From positions 1 to 64,000 of the forward strand of contig JAUCBJ010008930.1 of the NCBI GenBank assembly GCA_032718475.1: a stretch of DNA of 64,000 nucleotides. Reading direction: 5' to 3'. This document shows positions 22,501 through 31,119 of this stretch, in pieces (within the stretch, counting starts at the first letter, position 1; every line of letters begins with the position of its first letter). The notes beneath the pieces are model-generated. The model searched no databases, was not told the origin of the DNA, and was given only the letters and a program-made list of their open reading frames with translations. This DNA is from Nemertoderma westbladi. Its lineage: Eukaryota > Animalia > Xenacoelomorpha. Both the position numbers and the translations under genes were made by a program.

Positions 22501-25500
22501 CTTCCATAAGTCCACTTGGTCTGATGAGATCGGCTCGTCCCACGTTAGTCCATCCTTCCATATACTGTGCATATAAATGCGAGCTTGCAGTATCACTGGA
22601 CTGATGAATCCTAACGGGTCGAACAATCGGCTCAACTTTGACAAGCATGATCTCTTGGTCAGTGTGTTTCCTTGACTGTCCAGTCTCACCTTCACTCGAA
22701 AGTTGTCTGTGTTTGGGTCCCAAAAGAGCCCCAACACCTTAGTCGTCGGTAGTGGTTCGAACTCTAGGTCTATGTCACCACCTCCACGCTCAGTAGTTCC
22801 GAATGAGTCAACTAATTCGGCACTGTTTGAGGCGAATTTGGTGAGGTTAAAACCTCCGCCCGCCAAGCAGTCCCGTAATTGATGTGCTACTGTTGTAGCA
22901 CGTTCTACTGTGTCGCAACTCTGTAATCCGTCATCAACGTAAAAGTCACGTTCTACAATTCTAATTATCTCTGGGTCATACAGATGTTTCTGATCTCTAG
23001 CGGCTTGCTTCAAGGCGTACATCGTACAATTCGGGCTGTCTCTGGCACCGAAAACGCGAACTTGCATTTGGTAAGTCGCTGGTGGTAGACTTAAGTCCCC
23101 TTCCGGATACCAGAGAAACCGCAAACTGTCTCTGTCTCGCTCTAACGCTTTTACTTGGTGAAACATCGCTTCAACGTCGCAAGTAAAGGCTACTTGACGC
23201 TGACGGAAGCGCATAATCACCCCCATAAGATAATTATTCATGTTCGGTCCATCCATCAACTCACTATTGAGGGACATTCCCTCAAACAGAGCCGCACAGT
23301 CATTGACTACGCGTACTTTATCTGGTTTGTCGGGATGTCTCACATAGTGATGTGGCAAGTAGTACGTCTGGTCTGTCACTCGCTCCGGGTTAGTCATTCG
23401 GATAGCGTATCCCTTTGTCAAATACGTCTCCATCTGAGTGTTATACTGCAGATGGGCTTTCTCGTCCTTTAATAGACGTTGTCGGATTGAGTGTAGACGT
23501 CTTAAAGCCAGTGGGTAGTTGTTTATAAGTTTAGGACTTTGGCTACGCCATAACATACCCACCTCGTAATGTCCGTCCTCCGTCTGTCGGATAGTATCCT
23601 CCATGATCTTTAGAGATTGTTTCTCCTGTTCCGACATACAAGGGTCGTAGCTACCAGGTTCAGCTGTATCTTGTTCTAACCACCTGATAGTCTTCTCCGT
23701 TAATTCTTTGTCCAAGGCGGCTTGTTCCAACTGATGAATTTTCAACGCGTCATCGTCGATATCGACGGGCACTGTTGAGGTTATTGGGGTAGGTAGACTC
23801 GCAAGCCTATCATCTGTCGTCGATGGAATCTCTAGCTGATTCGTCTTCCCCCCAATTTCTAAACTCACCTTGTGGGTTAGCTGCTCCTTGTGACTTATCA
23901 TACTAGTTACACGTCTGTCATGTTTTGTCGACTGTAGTGTAGTATGGTTCACGTCGTGTGAAAAGGAATGAATTGAGTTTGTAGTCAATAAACTACATGT
24001 ACTCTGTACGTCGTCTTCCTCGTCACTTACGTCTAGTGTGCGCACAGGCGCTCGAGTATACCACCCTATCGGCGTTCTGCAGGCGTATGCGTTTCCTGCT
24101 ACAACTGCCGATGGTCTGGTTTCCCACACCTGGTGTAGGTTGAATTGGTCCGTCCCGATCAGCATTGCTACCGATCTATAATTGACAGGACATTCGGGCA
24201 CACCAAGGTGTCTGAAATACTTACGGTCCTCCAAAGATTGTTCCGGCACTGGACCTAGTAGGTTACTAAAGTCCTTCGTGGCCGCAAAGGTTAGATCTCT
24301 AAAGGGCAACAAAGACCTCTCCCTCTCGCTGTGCTGCGATTTTGGAAGAAGAGAGTCTAAGTCCAACTTAACTCGTGTCACTGGTATTGCACGCTGTCCG
24401 TGCATACTACTTACTGTATAACTGACGTGCTTACCTTGTCTAAGATCTGTTACGACGTCAGCTATCTTTTCATCTACGTAACTGTGAGATGAGGCTGAGT
24501 CTAGAATCGCGTAAATCCTCTTACTCCCTTTTGTGCCAGTAACTTTAATCGGGATTACACTGAATCCCTTCAGTTGGTCAGTGGTCAGGAGCGCGATTGA
24601 CGGTTGTTCGTCTCCATTTGAATATTCGTCGTCTTCTGATTCTTCGTCCGACGATCCGGATTGTTCTGAAAAGCAATCCTCTATATGGGTCACGAAAGTC
24701 GGAGTCGTTTTCGATTCCCGTTTTCGGTAAGCCGCATCACATCTCGCTGCTGCTTCCGGGTGTTCCCTGGCGAAGCGTTTCGTCGGCGTGTGGCTGTCTG
24801 TGTGGAGCAGACCGTCGTGGTTGCGTCCACAGGATGGACAAGTGTCGGTATTTGGGCAATCCTTACGGACGTGTCCGTGTCGCGTACACCGCCAACAAGA
24901 GTCCAGTGGCCGTATCTGCAGCCGTCGTTCTTCTGAGTTCAACTCGCGAAATTGTCGACAACCCCGTAACTTGTGACCAATATACCGCTTACCTAAATGT
25001 TCGCAGTATTGGCAGCCGTTGAAGTCGGCGCTGAGTTGCTGTCTCGTCTGTTTCGTCCCAATGGGCGCAGATACTCTATTACCGTCTGAGAATTGTCGTG
25101 ATTCCGTCGGTGTGGCGTAAGTGGCCGTCTTTGTGGATGTTGTCTGGGGTTTTTGTCGGTTTGAAGAGGGCAATGTGATTCCTTCTGCCACGATGTGCTG
25201 GTCGGTATAGTTAGATCGAGTTTCTACTACCGCCTCCCTGGATATTAAAAGGTACACATCTTCTAATTTTAAGAATCCTCCCCGCTCCTCTCGCTGGTAT
25301 TCGACCTTCCTCCACTCCCGACGAAGTCGATGGTGGAGTCGTCCTATGATTTTTAATAGGACTGTAGGGGTATTTCCGTAATCAAGTTGTCCAATTGATC
25401 TTAAGGTAGTGATAGCGTTCTTGATTTCGTCAGCTAGTTTTAGTAAGTCGATGGGTTTAGTGATAGCCCCTCCCTTACAGAGTTCTTCTATTACTGACCT

Positions 25501-28473
25501 GGCCATACTCACTGTACCTCCGTATATCGAAGTCAAACGATCGTACGCTAGTTCGAAAGCGTCTGGTACACCGACGAAAGTCTCCGCCAAACGTTTAGGT
25601 TCTCCTGACAACGTTTGGAGCAGGTAATTGAACTTCTCCCGTGATGTAAAGGCGCACACGGCGATCTGGGATTCGATATAGTCTACGAAGGTATGCCAGT
25701 GTTTTGAGCTACCGGAGAACTTCGGTGGTTGTTGTACCGGCAATCCCTGTCTGGCTGCGAATTTCGCTATCTCCTCGGCAACGTTCAGAGTTTCGCGTCC
25801 TTGGTTGGTAGTCTGGTTGATGTTCTCCCTTCTTGGCGCTTTTCCCTGATACGATGTGGGGTTTGAAGGTACTGGTCTTTGTGGTCCCTTCGGGTGTCTA
25901 TTGTGTTCGAATTCGGAATTTCTCGAACTGTCGGTGTAACCTTCCTCCAGACGTTCCTCAATCCGGGCCAACTTGTTGACAATGTCGGCGAACTGTTGCG
26001 CACCGATCGCGCCCGCTGGTGGTAACGCCTTCTGTGTCGGTGTATTCTGTGGAGGATTGTCTGCAAAGGAGTTGTCTGAACGCTCGCGTTTATATTCATC
26101 GGCCGCCCCCGTTCTAAATACCTCGCGTATCGGGTAATCCGATTCGCTCGAAGTACTACTATCATCTGGATATGGTGGTCGACGTGCTCGCGTCCGTTGC
26201 GTCGTTCGAATTCTAACGGCTCGTTTCGGAACATCGTCCACTGATCTCCGTTGTTCGGTAGGCTCACAAGTCTTCCTCGAAGTCGTAGATTGCGATGTAA
26301 ACTGGTTGAACGGTCGCGTCTCCACTGTTCTCCGTTGTTCGGTAGGCTCACAAGTCTTCCTCGAAGTCGTAGATTGCGATGTAAACTGGTTGAACGGTCG
26401 CGTCTCCACTGTTCTCCGTTGTTCGGTAGGCTCACAAGTCTTCCTCGAAGTCGTAGATTGCGATGTAAACTGGTTGAACGGTCGCGTCTCCACTGTTCTC
26501 CGTTGTTCGGTAGGCTCACAAGTCTTCCTCGAAGTCGTAGATTGCGATGTAAACTGGTTGAACGGTCGCGTCTCCACTGTTCTCCGTTGTTCGGTAGGCT
26601 CACAAGTCTTCCTCGAAGTCGTAGATTGCGATGTAAACTGAACCGGTGGGCGAATGACAGCATTTGAAACAACTGGCCTTGTAGGTCGAAACGTCATTGG
26701 GTAAGCGTAATGTGTAACGGGTTTAGGCGTCAAAGGTGGACTCACCTGTTTTGTCGTCAGTAGCGCAGGTCCGGTCAATAAACTACTACGATCTGTAATC
26801 GGTGGGTTACTTACCTTGACTCTCGGAATAGGCGACGACGTTGCTCTTGGCGGTATAAACTCGTTCGGAATAACAAACCTGTGTTCCGTCGCACCATGGA
26901 TAGGAGAAATATCACTACTACCCGCAATCGAAACAGGTTCCTTAGTCGTAACCGGTGCAAACATATGAGTTACCTGTGGGAATCGTTGACACACGTCTTT
27001 TACTAATTGTCGTTCCCGTCCGGGTGCTCCTACGCTTCCTTCCTTCTTCCGTTCCTGAATTTGGCGATGTCTTACCTCTAACTGGTCCAAATCATGTCCG
27101 TCGCGAGATCTCATCGATCGATCGCGGGCTAGAAGATCCAGATTTTCCTTAGTTTCGGCTAATTCTCTCGCCCTCTTCTCAAGTTCGAAACGAAGTTTAA
27201 CTTCCTTTTCTCGTTGTTCCGTTTGTTGTTGTTGCGCCTCGAACTCTGCTTGTCGTATCGCTTGTTGGGCTTTTATTTGCCGTGTCTTCATCTCGACTCT
27301 GGCTTCCAAAACTACTCTTTGTCGCTCTAACTCTGCCGCAGCCGTTTGTCGCTCTAACTCTGCCGCAGCCGTTTGTCGCTCTAACTCAGCCGCTGCAGCT
27401 GCCGCTGCCGTTTGTCGCTCTAACTCGGCTGTTGCCGTTCGTTGCGCTAACTCGGCCGTTGCCGCTTGTTGGGCAATGTCCAACTCTAACCTTTCCATTT
27501 CGGCCGCTTCGAGTTCGGCTTGTTCCTGCAGATGAGAGATTCTCGCTACATTCGCAACACGTATTTTCTCTTCCTCTACTGCTGTTTGTATCATTAGAAG
27601 TTGAGCTTGTTCTTCTATCTCGTGTTGCTGTCTGTAGAACTGCTGCTGTTGTCGAGCAACTTCTGACGTGACTATACTTCCTTCGCAGATTTCGCTACGA
27701 ATACTTACCAATGATTGATTTAGTATTCCCGGTGCCGATTCGATTTGTGCGAATGAAGTTTCCCTCGTGTATTCCGGCACGGTTTCCAAATCGCCGACGT
27801 CTTCGCCGCACATGCGTAAGTGGTCCGTCAGATGTTTCAATTGTCCATCCAGTCGGTACAATTCCTGTTCTTCCTCGGGTTGTAATAATTCGTCCGAAAC
27901 TGACTCACCTAACAACTGGTCCGCTTGTTCCTGTTGTATCTGTCTAATCGTCGACTTAAACTGAATCAGTTTCTCTCTAGTGATCATTAGTTTCTCGAGG
28001 ATTCTAAGTTGAGTATCCATGTCCTGTCTCTGTCTAGCTAGATCTTGTAGGCCAACTAGATTATCTACGGACTTATATACTTTACTCTGTACTCTAACCT
28101 GGAGGGTGTAGAACTCGAATCGAGACATCGGAGCGGTCAACCCGTCTAATATGCGTTGGCCTTCTCCAATACTCCTGGTTATATGCGCCATGTATCCACC
28201 GACGCTTCTAACCACACTTTCTGTGCTTCCTGCTGAACTTACCAATTCCGTTTCCCTATATCTAGGTTGCGGAACAGTTAGAAAGTCCTCGGTCCTGCCG
28301 TCGCCTCGTACTACGGCATCCGGTACTCCCGTTGGATGTACTGGTGACGCACACGGTGTAGGTTCGGTAGGCTCGCGAGTCTTCCCCTGTGGTTCTTCCG
28401 CTGCTGACTTATCCGCGTCACATGAGTCATAGTCGGTTTGTGTATTCTTCGTATAGTCTTGTTTGTCACTCAT
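19549..28473 (-). CDS. BEL/Pao Gag-Pol polyprotein, 2974 aa
   Basis: DUF1759-type gag (PKFSGSSKHWHTF..EKFNYLLQTLSGEP); three Cys/His knuckles; protease ILDSAS; RT (YLPHH, RVVND, DVEAMFHQV, FGARDSP, FYVDD); RNase H (FSDAS, PRAELQAA, WTDA, NPADIASRG); integrase (H..H..CIIC, GIDCFGP, SDQGTNF, WERLIRSIK). Confidence 0.96.
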   Translation of the reverse strand: MSDKQDYTKNTQTDYDSCDADKSAAEEPQGKTREPTEPTPCASPVHPTGVPDAVVRGDGRTEDFLTVPQPRYRETELVSSAGSTESVVRSVGGYMAHITRSIGEGQRILDGLTAPMSRFEFYTLQVRVQSKVYKSVDNLVGLQDLARQRQDMDTQLRILEKLMITREKLIQFKSTIRQIQQEQADQLLGESVSDELLQPEEEQELYRLDGQLKHLTDHLRMCGEDVGDLETVPEYTRETSFAQIESAPGILNQSLVSIRSEICEGSIVTSEVARQQQQFYRQQHEIEEQAQLLMIQTAVEEEKIRVANVARISHLQEQAELEAAEMERLELDIAQQAATAELAQRTATAELERQTAAAAAAAELERQTAAAELERQTAAAELERQRVVLEARVEMKTRQIKAQQAIRQAEFEAQQQQTEQREKEVKLRFELEKRARELAETKENLDLLARDRSMRSRDGHDLDQLEVRHRQIQERKKEGSVGAPGRERQLVKDVCQRFPQVTHMFAPVTTKEPVSIAGSSDISPIHGATEHRFVIPNEFIPPRATSSPIPRVKVSNPPITDRSSLLTGPALLTTKQVSPPLTPKPVTHYAYPMTFRPTRPVVSNAVIRPPVQFTSQSTTSRKTCEPTEQRRTVETRPFNQFTSQSTTSRKTCEPTEQRRTVETRPFNQFTSQSTTSRKTCEPTEQRRTVETRPFNQFTSQSTTSRKTCEPTEQRRTVETRPFNQFTSQSTTSRKTCEPTEQRRSVDDVPKRAVRIRTTQRTRARRPPYPDDSSTSSESDYPIREVFRTGAADEYKRERSDNSFADNPPQNTPTQKALPPAGAIGAQQFADIVNKLARIEERLEEGYTDSSRNSEFEHNRHPKGPQRPVPSNPTSYQGKAPRRENINQTTNQGRETLNVAEEIAKFAARQGLPVQQPPKFSGSSKHWHTFVDYIESQIAVCAFTSREKFNYLLQTLSGEPKRLAETFVGVPDAFELAYDRLTSIYGGTVSMARSVIEELCKGGAITKPIDLLKLADEIKNAITTLRSIGQLDYGNTPTVLLKIIGRLHHRLRREWRKVEYQREERGGFLKLEDVYLLISREAVVETRSNYTDQHIVAEGITLPSSNRQKPQTTSTKTATYATPTESRQFSDGNRVSAPIGTKQTRQQLSADFNGCQYCEHLGKRYIGHKLRGCRQFRELNSEERRLQIRPLDSCWRCTRHGHVRKDCPNTDTCPSCGRNHDGLLHTDSHTPTKRFAREHPEAAARCDAAYRKRESKTTPTFVTHIEDCFSEQSGSSDEESEDDEYSNGDEQPSIALLTTDQLKGFSVIPIKVTGTKGSKRIYAILDSASSHSYVDEKIADVVTDLRQGKHVSYTVSSMHGQRAIPVTRVKLDLDSLLPKSQHSERERSLLPFRDLTFAATKDFSNLLGPVPEQSLEDRKYFRHLGVPECPVNYRSVAMLIGTDQFNLHQVWETRPSAVVAGNAYACRTPIGWYTRAPVRTLDVSDEEDDVQSTCSLLTTNSIHSFSHDVNHTTLQSTKHDRRVTSMISHKEQLTHKVSLEIGGKTNQLEIPSTTDDRLASLPTPITSTVPVDIDDDALKIHQLEQAALDKELTEKTIRWLEQDTAEPGSYDPCMSEQEKQSLKIMEDTIRQTEDGHYEVGMLWRSQSPKLINNYPLALRRLHSIRQRLLKDEKAHLQYNTQMETYLTKGYAIRMTNPERVTDQTYYLPHHYVRHPDKPDKVRVVNDCAALFEGMSLNSELMDGPNMNNYLMGVIMRFRQRQVAFTCDVEAMFHQVKALERDRDSLRFLWYPEGDLSLPPATYQMQVRVFGARDSPNCTMYALKQAARDQKHLYDPEIIRIVERDFYVDDGLQSCDTVERATTVAHQLRDCLAGGGFNLTKFASNSAELVDSFGTTERGGGDIDLEFEPLPTTKVLGLFWDPNTDNFRVKVRLDSQGNTLTKRSCLSKLSRLFDPLGFISPVILQARIYMHSIWKDGLTWDEPISSDQVDLWKTWEAELSSLEDYFIPRVYFPLQSTFPDNLELHCFSDASDNGFGVAAYLRRQVESDEFDVSLITSKAKTMPTKYMTTPRAELQAATLSTTIVNLIQTELQSSLQIFYWTDATLVLFYINNDTLEFKTFVANRRAEILDHSIKEDWRHCPGPQNPADIASRGMMPEEFCKPENKEFWQHGPQFLQKSTQDWPPLYDNKSNTIPKDAEIKKPKKGKTKKKTTATKLKKKPKAKWKDITSKVKRGRLASLSTPDISPDGQPDTLPDSQPDTLLDSQPDILPDISQNVPPDASNTLTNSKATVSLLERPSIDKQLDTLPDVSPDTLLDSRLDTSNVLTNDKAAVSLLERPCIDKLPILTHLSNHKHGETSCITDVGSTYANVNTGVTLRSRDIPNLQPTVRPGINVGRKISLPKPADPIEFKPPLTIDLQSTNNQGKRTKKDKLLVDPDGSTVNKGILTGGPVGPSSNSKPSKFSIDLPDDVTNTYVDRIVNLTDSWSNACRKLAWIVRFVQYVKGKRDFTRRLTLAEIDRCEIKLIRHYQLRYFAREFTSIHQGQPIKSSPILSWSPIIYNGLICHKSRLQNIDFNTNFRYPIIIPQHHELQRAMILDAHLHLKHAGRHHCLSYLRTRFVLIRPSKALSSVTRTCIICKKVHSRIGTQEMSELPQARLQAFRPPFTETGIDCFGPIHTKRGRILVKRWGLIFTCMSSRAVHIERVMDLSTNAFILALRRFIARRGLVKCLYSDQGTNFVGARNEIARAFKKLDHDQISNELQPHKIVWKFNPPDSPWRGGVWERLIRSIKTAMAKVIPVNHILTDDQLTTLFVEIEAILNTRPIVLVPDDKQSQFALTPAHLLMQAPTTLTPISTPMESDSYGRKAWKITQLLANKFWEIWQNHYLPSISARTNWYNNTHALKPGDHVLLAEVNLKRRFWITGVILATHPSMDGVTRTVTVRTIDGRTVDRPTQRLVLLEETRNESGDYKSPPNTSK
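26238..26641. repeat. 84-bp coding tandem repeat x~4.8 in gag (FTSQSTTSRKTCEPTEQRRTVETRPFNQ)
   Basis: Essentially identical units with period 84 (aggctcacaagtcttcc at 26260, 26344, 26428, 26512, 26596). Confidence 0.97.
27318..27465. repeat. 27-bp coding repeat (AAAELERQT) in the gag coiled-coil
   Basis: gtttgtcgctctaactctgccgcagcc repeated with variants. Confidence 0.85.
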
Positions 28474-28558
28474 TTCGGTAGTTGTAAGTCAAGTGAAGTG
28501 AGTGTAAAAGTATCGAGTTTACCGTATTTGTATAAAACGGTACTAATTACAGTCATAT

Positions 28559-28678
28559 AAAATTAGCCTACCGGCCGATTTTATAGCAGATGGATAAAAT
28601 TAGCCTAAACGGCCAATTTTACAGCAAATAAATGTCACGGAATAAGTATATAATAAAATTAGCCTAGCGGCCAATTTT
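28559..28678 (-). promoter_or_regulatory. Three repeated stem-loops in the 5' leader just upstream of the gag ATG
   Basis: Sense AAAAT(T/C)GGCC-loop(GCTA/GTTTA/GGTA)-GGCTAATTTT at 28655-28678, 28596-28620, 28559-28582. Confidence 0.7.
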
Positions 28679-30827
28679 ACAACAAATAAATCGGATAACG
28701 ATATGCGTTATCAAAAGGTAAATTAAATACAATAATACGGACTAATTCAGCAATGAACAAAGAAATCATACGGAATGCATAAATACTTGAGACAGTGGAA
28801 CCCACAATAATTTTAACTAATACGGTAATGCCTAACTTATTTATGCAACTTTTCGAACTCACCCACTCCAATAATTCTCCAGAAAAACAGATTCCCAGAT
28901 ACAAACCGGACGTGAACCTTTCCGTTTTTAACGTTGCGGACGAAACGCGATTTTCCCAACCAAAGTTGTTGGGTTATCTATCTCCCAAACTTGCTAAACA
29001 CGGTCTTGCTCCCGTTACAGTCTAGAAATGAGTTCTGAATCCTGAAAAACAAAAGAGTTAGGTTTTACTTTACGAAATTTTGTACCGGTACAATATGGTA
29101 TTTAAACCCTTTTTAAACACCGGTATTCAATTCCAAAATATTTTACACGCGGTTCAAATCAAATTTTATTTCAAAAAATTAGCACTTAGCTAATCAAATA
29201 TAAATTTTTACCTCAAAATACAAAATTTTCAAATAACTTTAGTCCTACCGAACCGTAGTTCAGTAAAACATATTCCTACTAAATTAGGAAATATGTTAAA
29301 ATAATCATATTCCTACTAAATTGGAGAGATACGCCTATTCCTACTAATTGGAAGAGACGGTAACAATACCTGCAATATCCTACTGTAAAGTTTGTAAATC
29401 AAATCATAAATCCGACCTTCTCACCAAAACAGTAAACCCCAAGTAAGCGAATATATTGCAGTATCGATCTCTTTTAACCGGTGAGGCAGAAAACAGTCTA
29501 CGAGCAGACAAACTTCGATAAAACAAAATCCCGCGCAGCGAATCCTAAAATCAGGCTGACTCACTGACGGACTAAGGGGCTCGTATACTTTGCCGCGGTG
29601 TGATTTATATGGTTGGGCAAAGGGACGCTAGCTAGGTACAGAGCAGATTTGGAGATGTCTAACTAGCGGGCAAAGCACAGTACGGACTAAGTTAATTTTA
29701 TATATTTTGAGGTGTAAATAATTTCTAACGCGCGTGTGTTAATTCTGAACGGTCAAAAGCAGTTTTGCTCCTTCACATATATAATTACTGGGTACGGTGT
29801 GCATTTTACGAATATTCTAATTTGTAACTTGTAGGTCCAATACTCACGAATGGTAAGGTTCCTTCCCCTCTTGCGTATTTCCAGGACTCAAATTCAGGCA
29901 TAAGGTTAATACTACGCCCAGAATTCGGCAATTTTAGGTACCAGGTCCCTGATACTAAGAAGAGATGTGTTAGTTTACTACTGTAGGCGTACGGGTACTA
30001 ATAGCTATCCTGGCTCCTATCTAGAATTTTAGTCACCCAGGTAGTCCGGGTAACTTCCTATTAGGGCGTTGGCGGGGACACGGTAGATGTTAGTATATCC
30101 CTGATAGCCTCAATTTATTTGCGCCTAGCGTAAACTGCCCTACCGCCTGAATGGTACAATCCCAATTCAGGTGAAAACACAGCAACCCCCTAGCCTACAA
30201 GTTCTGATGTAATGGACACCGTTGTACGGCAAATAGTCGCACACACACCTGTACTTAGCAAGAGTTAAGCGTACAGTTTGCTGCACCCTAACCAATGTGT
30301 ATGCCTTGTACTGGTGTGCCTACGTCCTATCTGCGTACTAGTATCTGCTCTCTCTCCCTCTCCCCCGTAGGAATATGAAGGTCTACTGCGGTTTTTCCCT
30401 GAATCAAGACAGTACAGTCCCTATGATGTAATTTTGGGCTCACAGCGTGTCACTACGTCTACCTTTGATCTTTTGGTCTTACACTTAGGTAGCAAGGATC
30501 GAACGCTGTCTAACCTTTCAGGCGATGGGCGAATAACGCTAGATGGTATTGCGGGTTGTCTCTCGTCTACATTCCCGTGATGTTCCCGTTCATTGCTGTG
30601 GCCCGATCTCTAGCTGGCCATCCTGTCCCTGAGTTTGTTCACCGTAGTGAAACCATATTAAAACAGATAGAAAGGCTGAGAGATGTGACTAGTATTTCTG
30701 ACTTTATTACAAAACATATAATAACTATTATACAATAAACAATGTAATCTGAAATAAGACAGAAAGTGAATGATGGAAATTGATTGAATGTGATTGAGAT
30801 TGAGATAACTAATGAACGAATCGCACC

Positions 30828-30975
30828 TTTATATACTAAATTTGTGCTGCAATCAATCGAGAAAATTCTCGATTGTTCTATGGGTTCTAACAAGGTTTTA
30901 AAGATAGCTTATTGGTCCAGCTAATATATAACTTGCACTACATTGGTTACAATCAAATAACTACAGCCTTATTGG
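30828..30975 (-). promoter_or_regulatory. LTR Pol II promoter: three CCAAT boxes ~30 bp apart, then TATATAAA
   Basis: Plus-strand attgg at 30971, 30942, 30911; tttatata at 30828-30835; sense AATAAA at 30708-30703. Same layout in the 3' LTR. Confidence 0.6.
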
Positions 30976-31032
30976 TACAGACAAATGCAATTAATTTGTA
31001 GCGGTTAATTTAAATGAGTTGAAATTCTGCAC

Positions 31033-31119
31033 AAAAAATAATTCGCACTTACTAGGATTCGAACTCGATACCTACTACACATATAATTTCCAACGCTCTA
31101 CCAACTGAGCTACTGAACC
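31033..31119 (-). ncRNA. tRNA-derived Pol III-type unit inside the 5' LTR
   Basis: Sense TAGCTCAGTTGGTAGAGC (A box), GTTCGAATCC (consensus B box), T6 terminator. Confidence 0.65.

Noticed and set aside
25785-26672. 295-aa overlapping ORF and antisense ORFs over the gag repeat
   Set aside because: Openness is explained by a stop-free 84-bp unit; no domain signal.
29268-29322. LTR Pol III RNA (..AATCCTAGTAA..) acting as primer on the attcctactaa repeats at the LTR boundary
   Set aside because: Only 9/11 identity in AT-rich sequence and not at the predicted RNA 3' end; too weak to claim.
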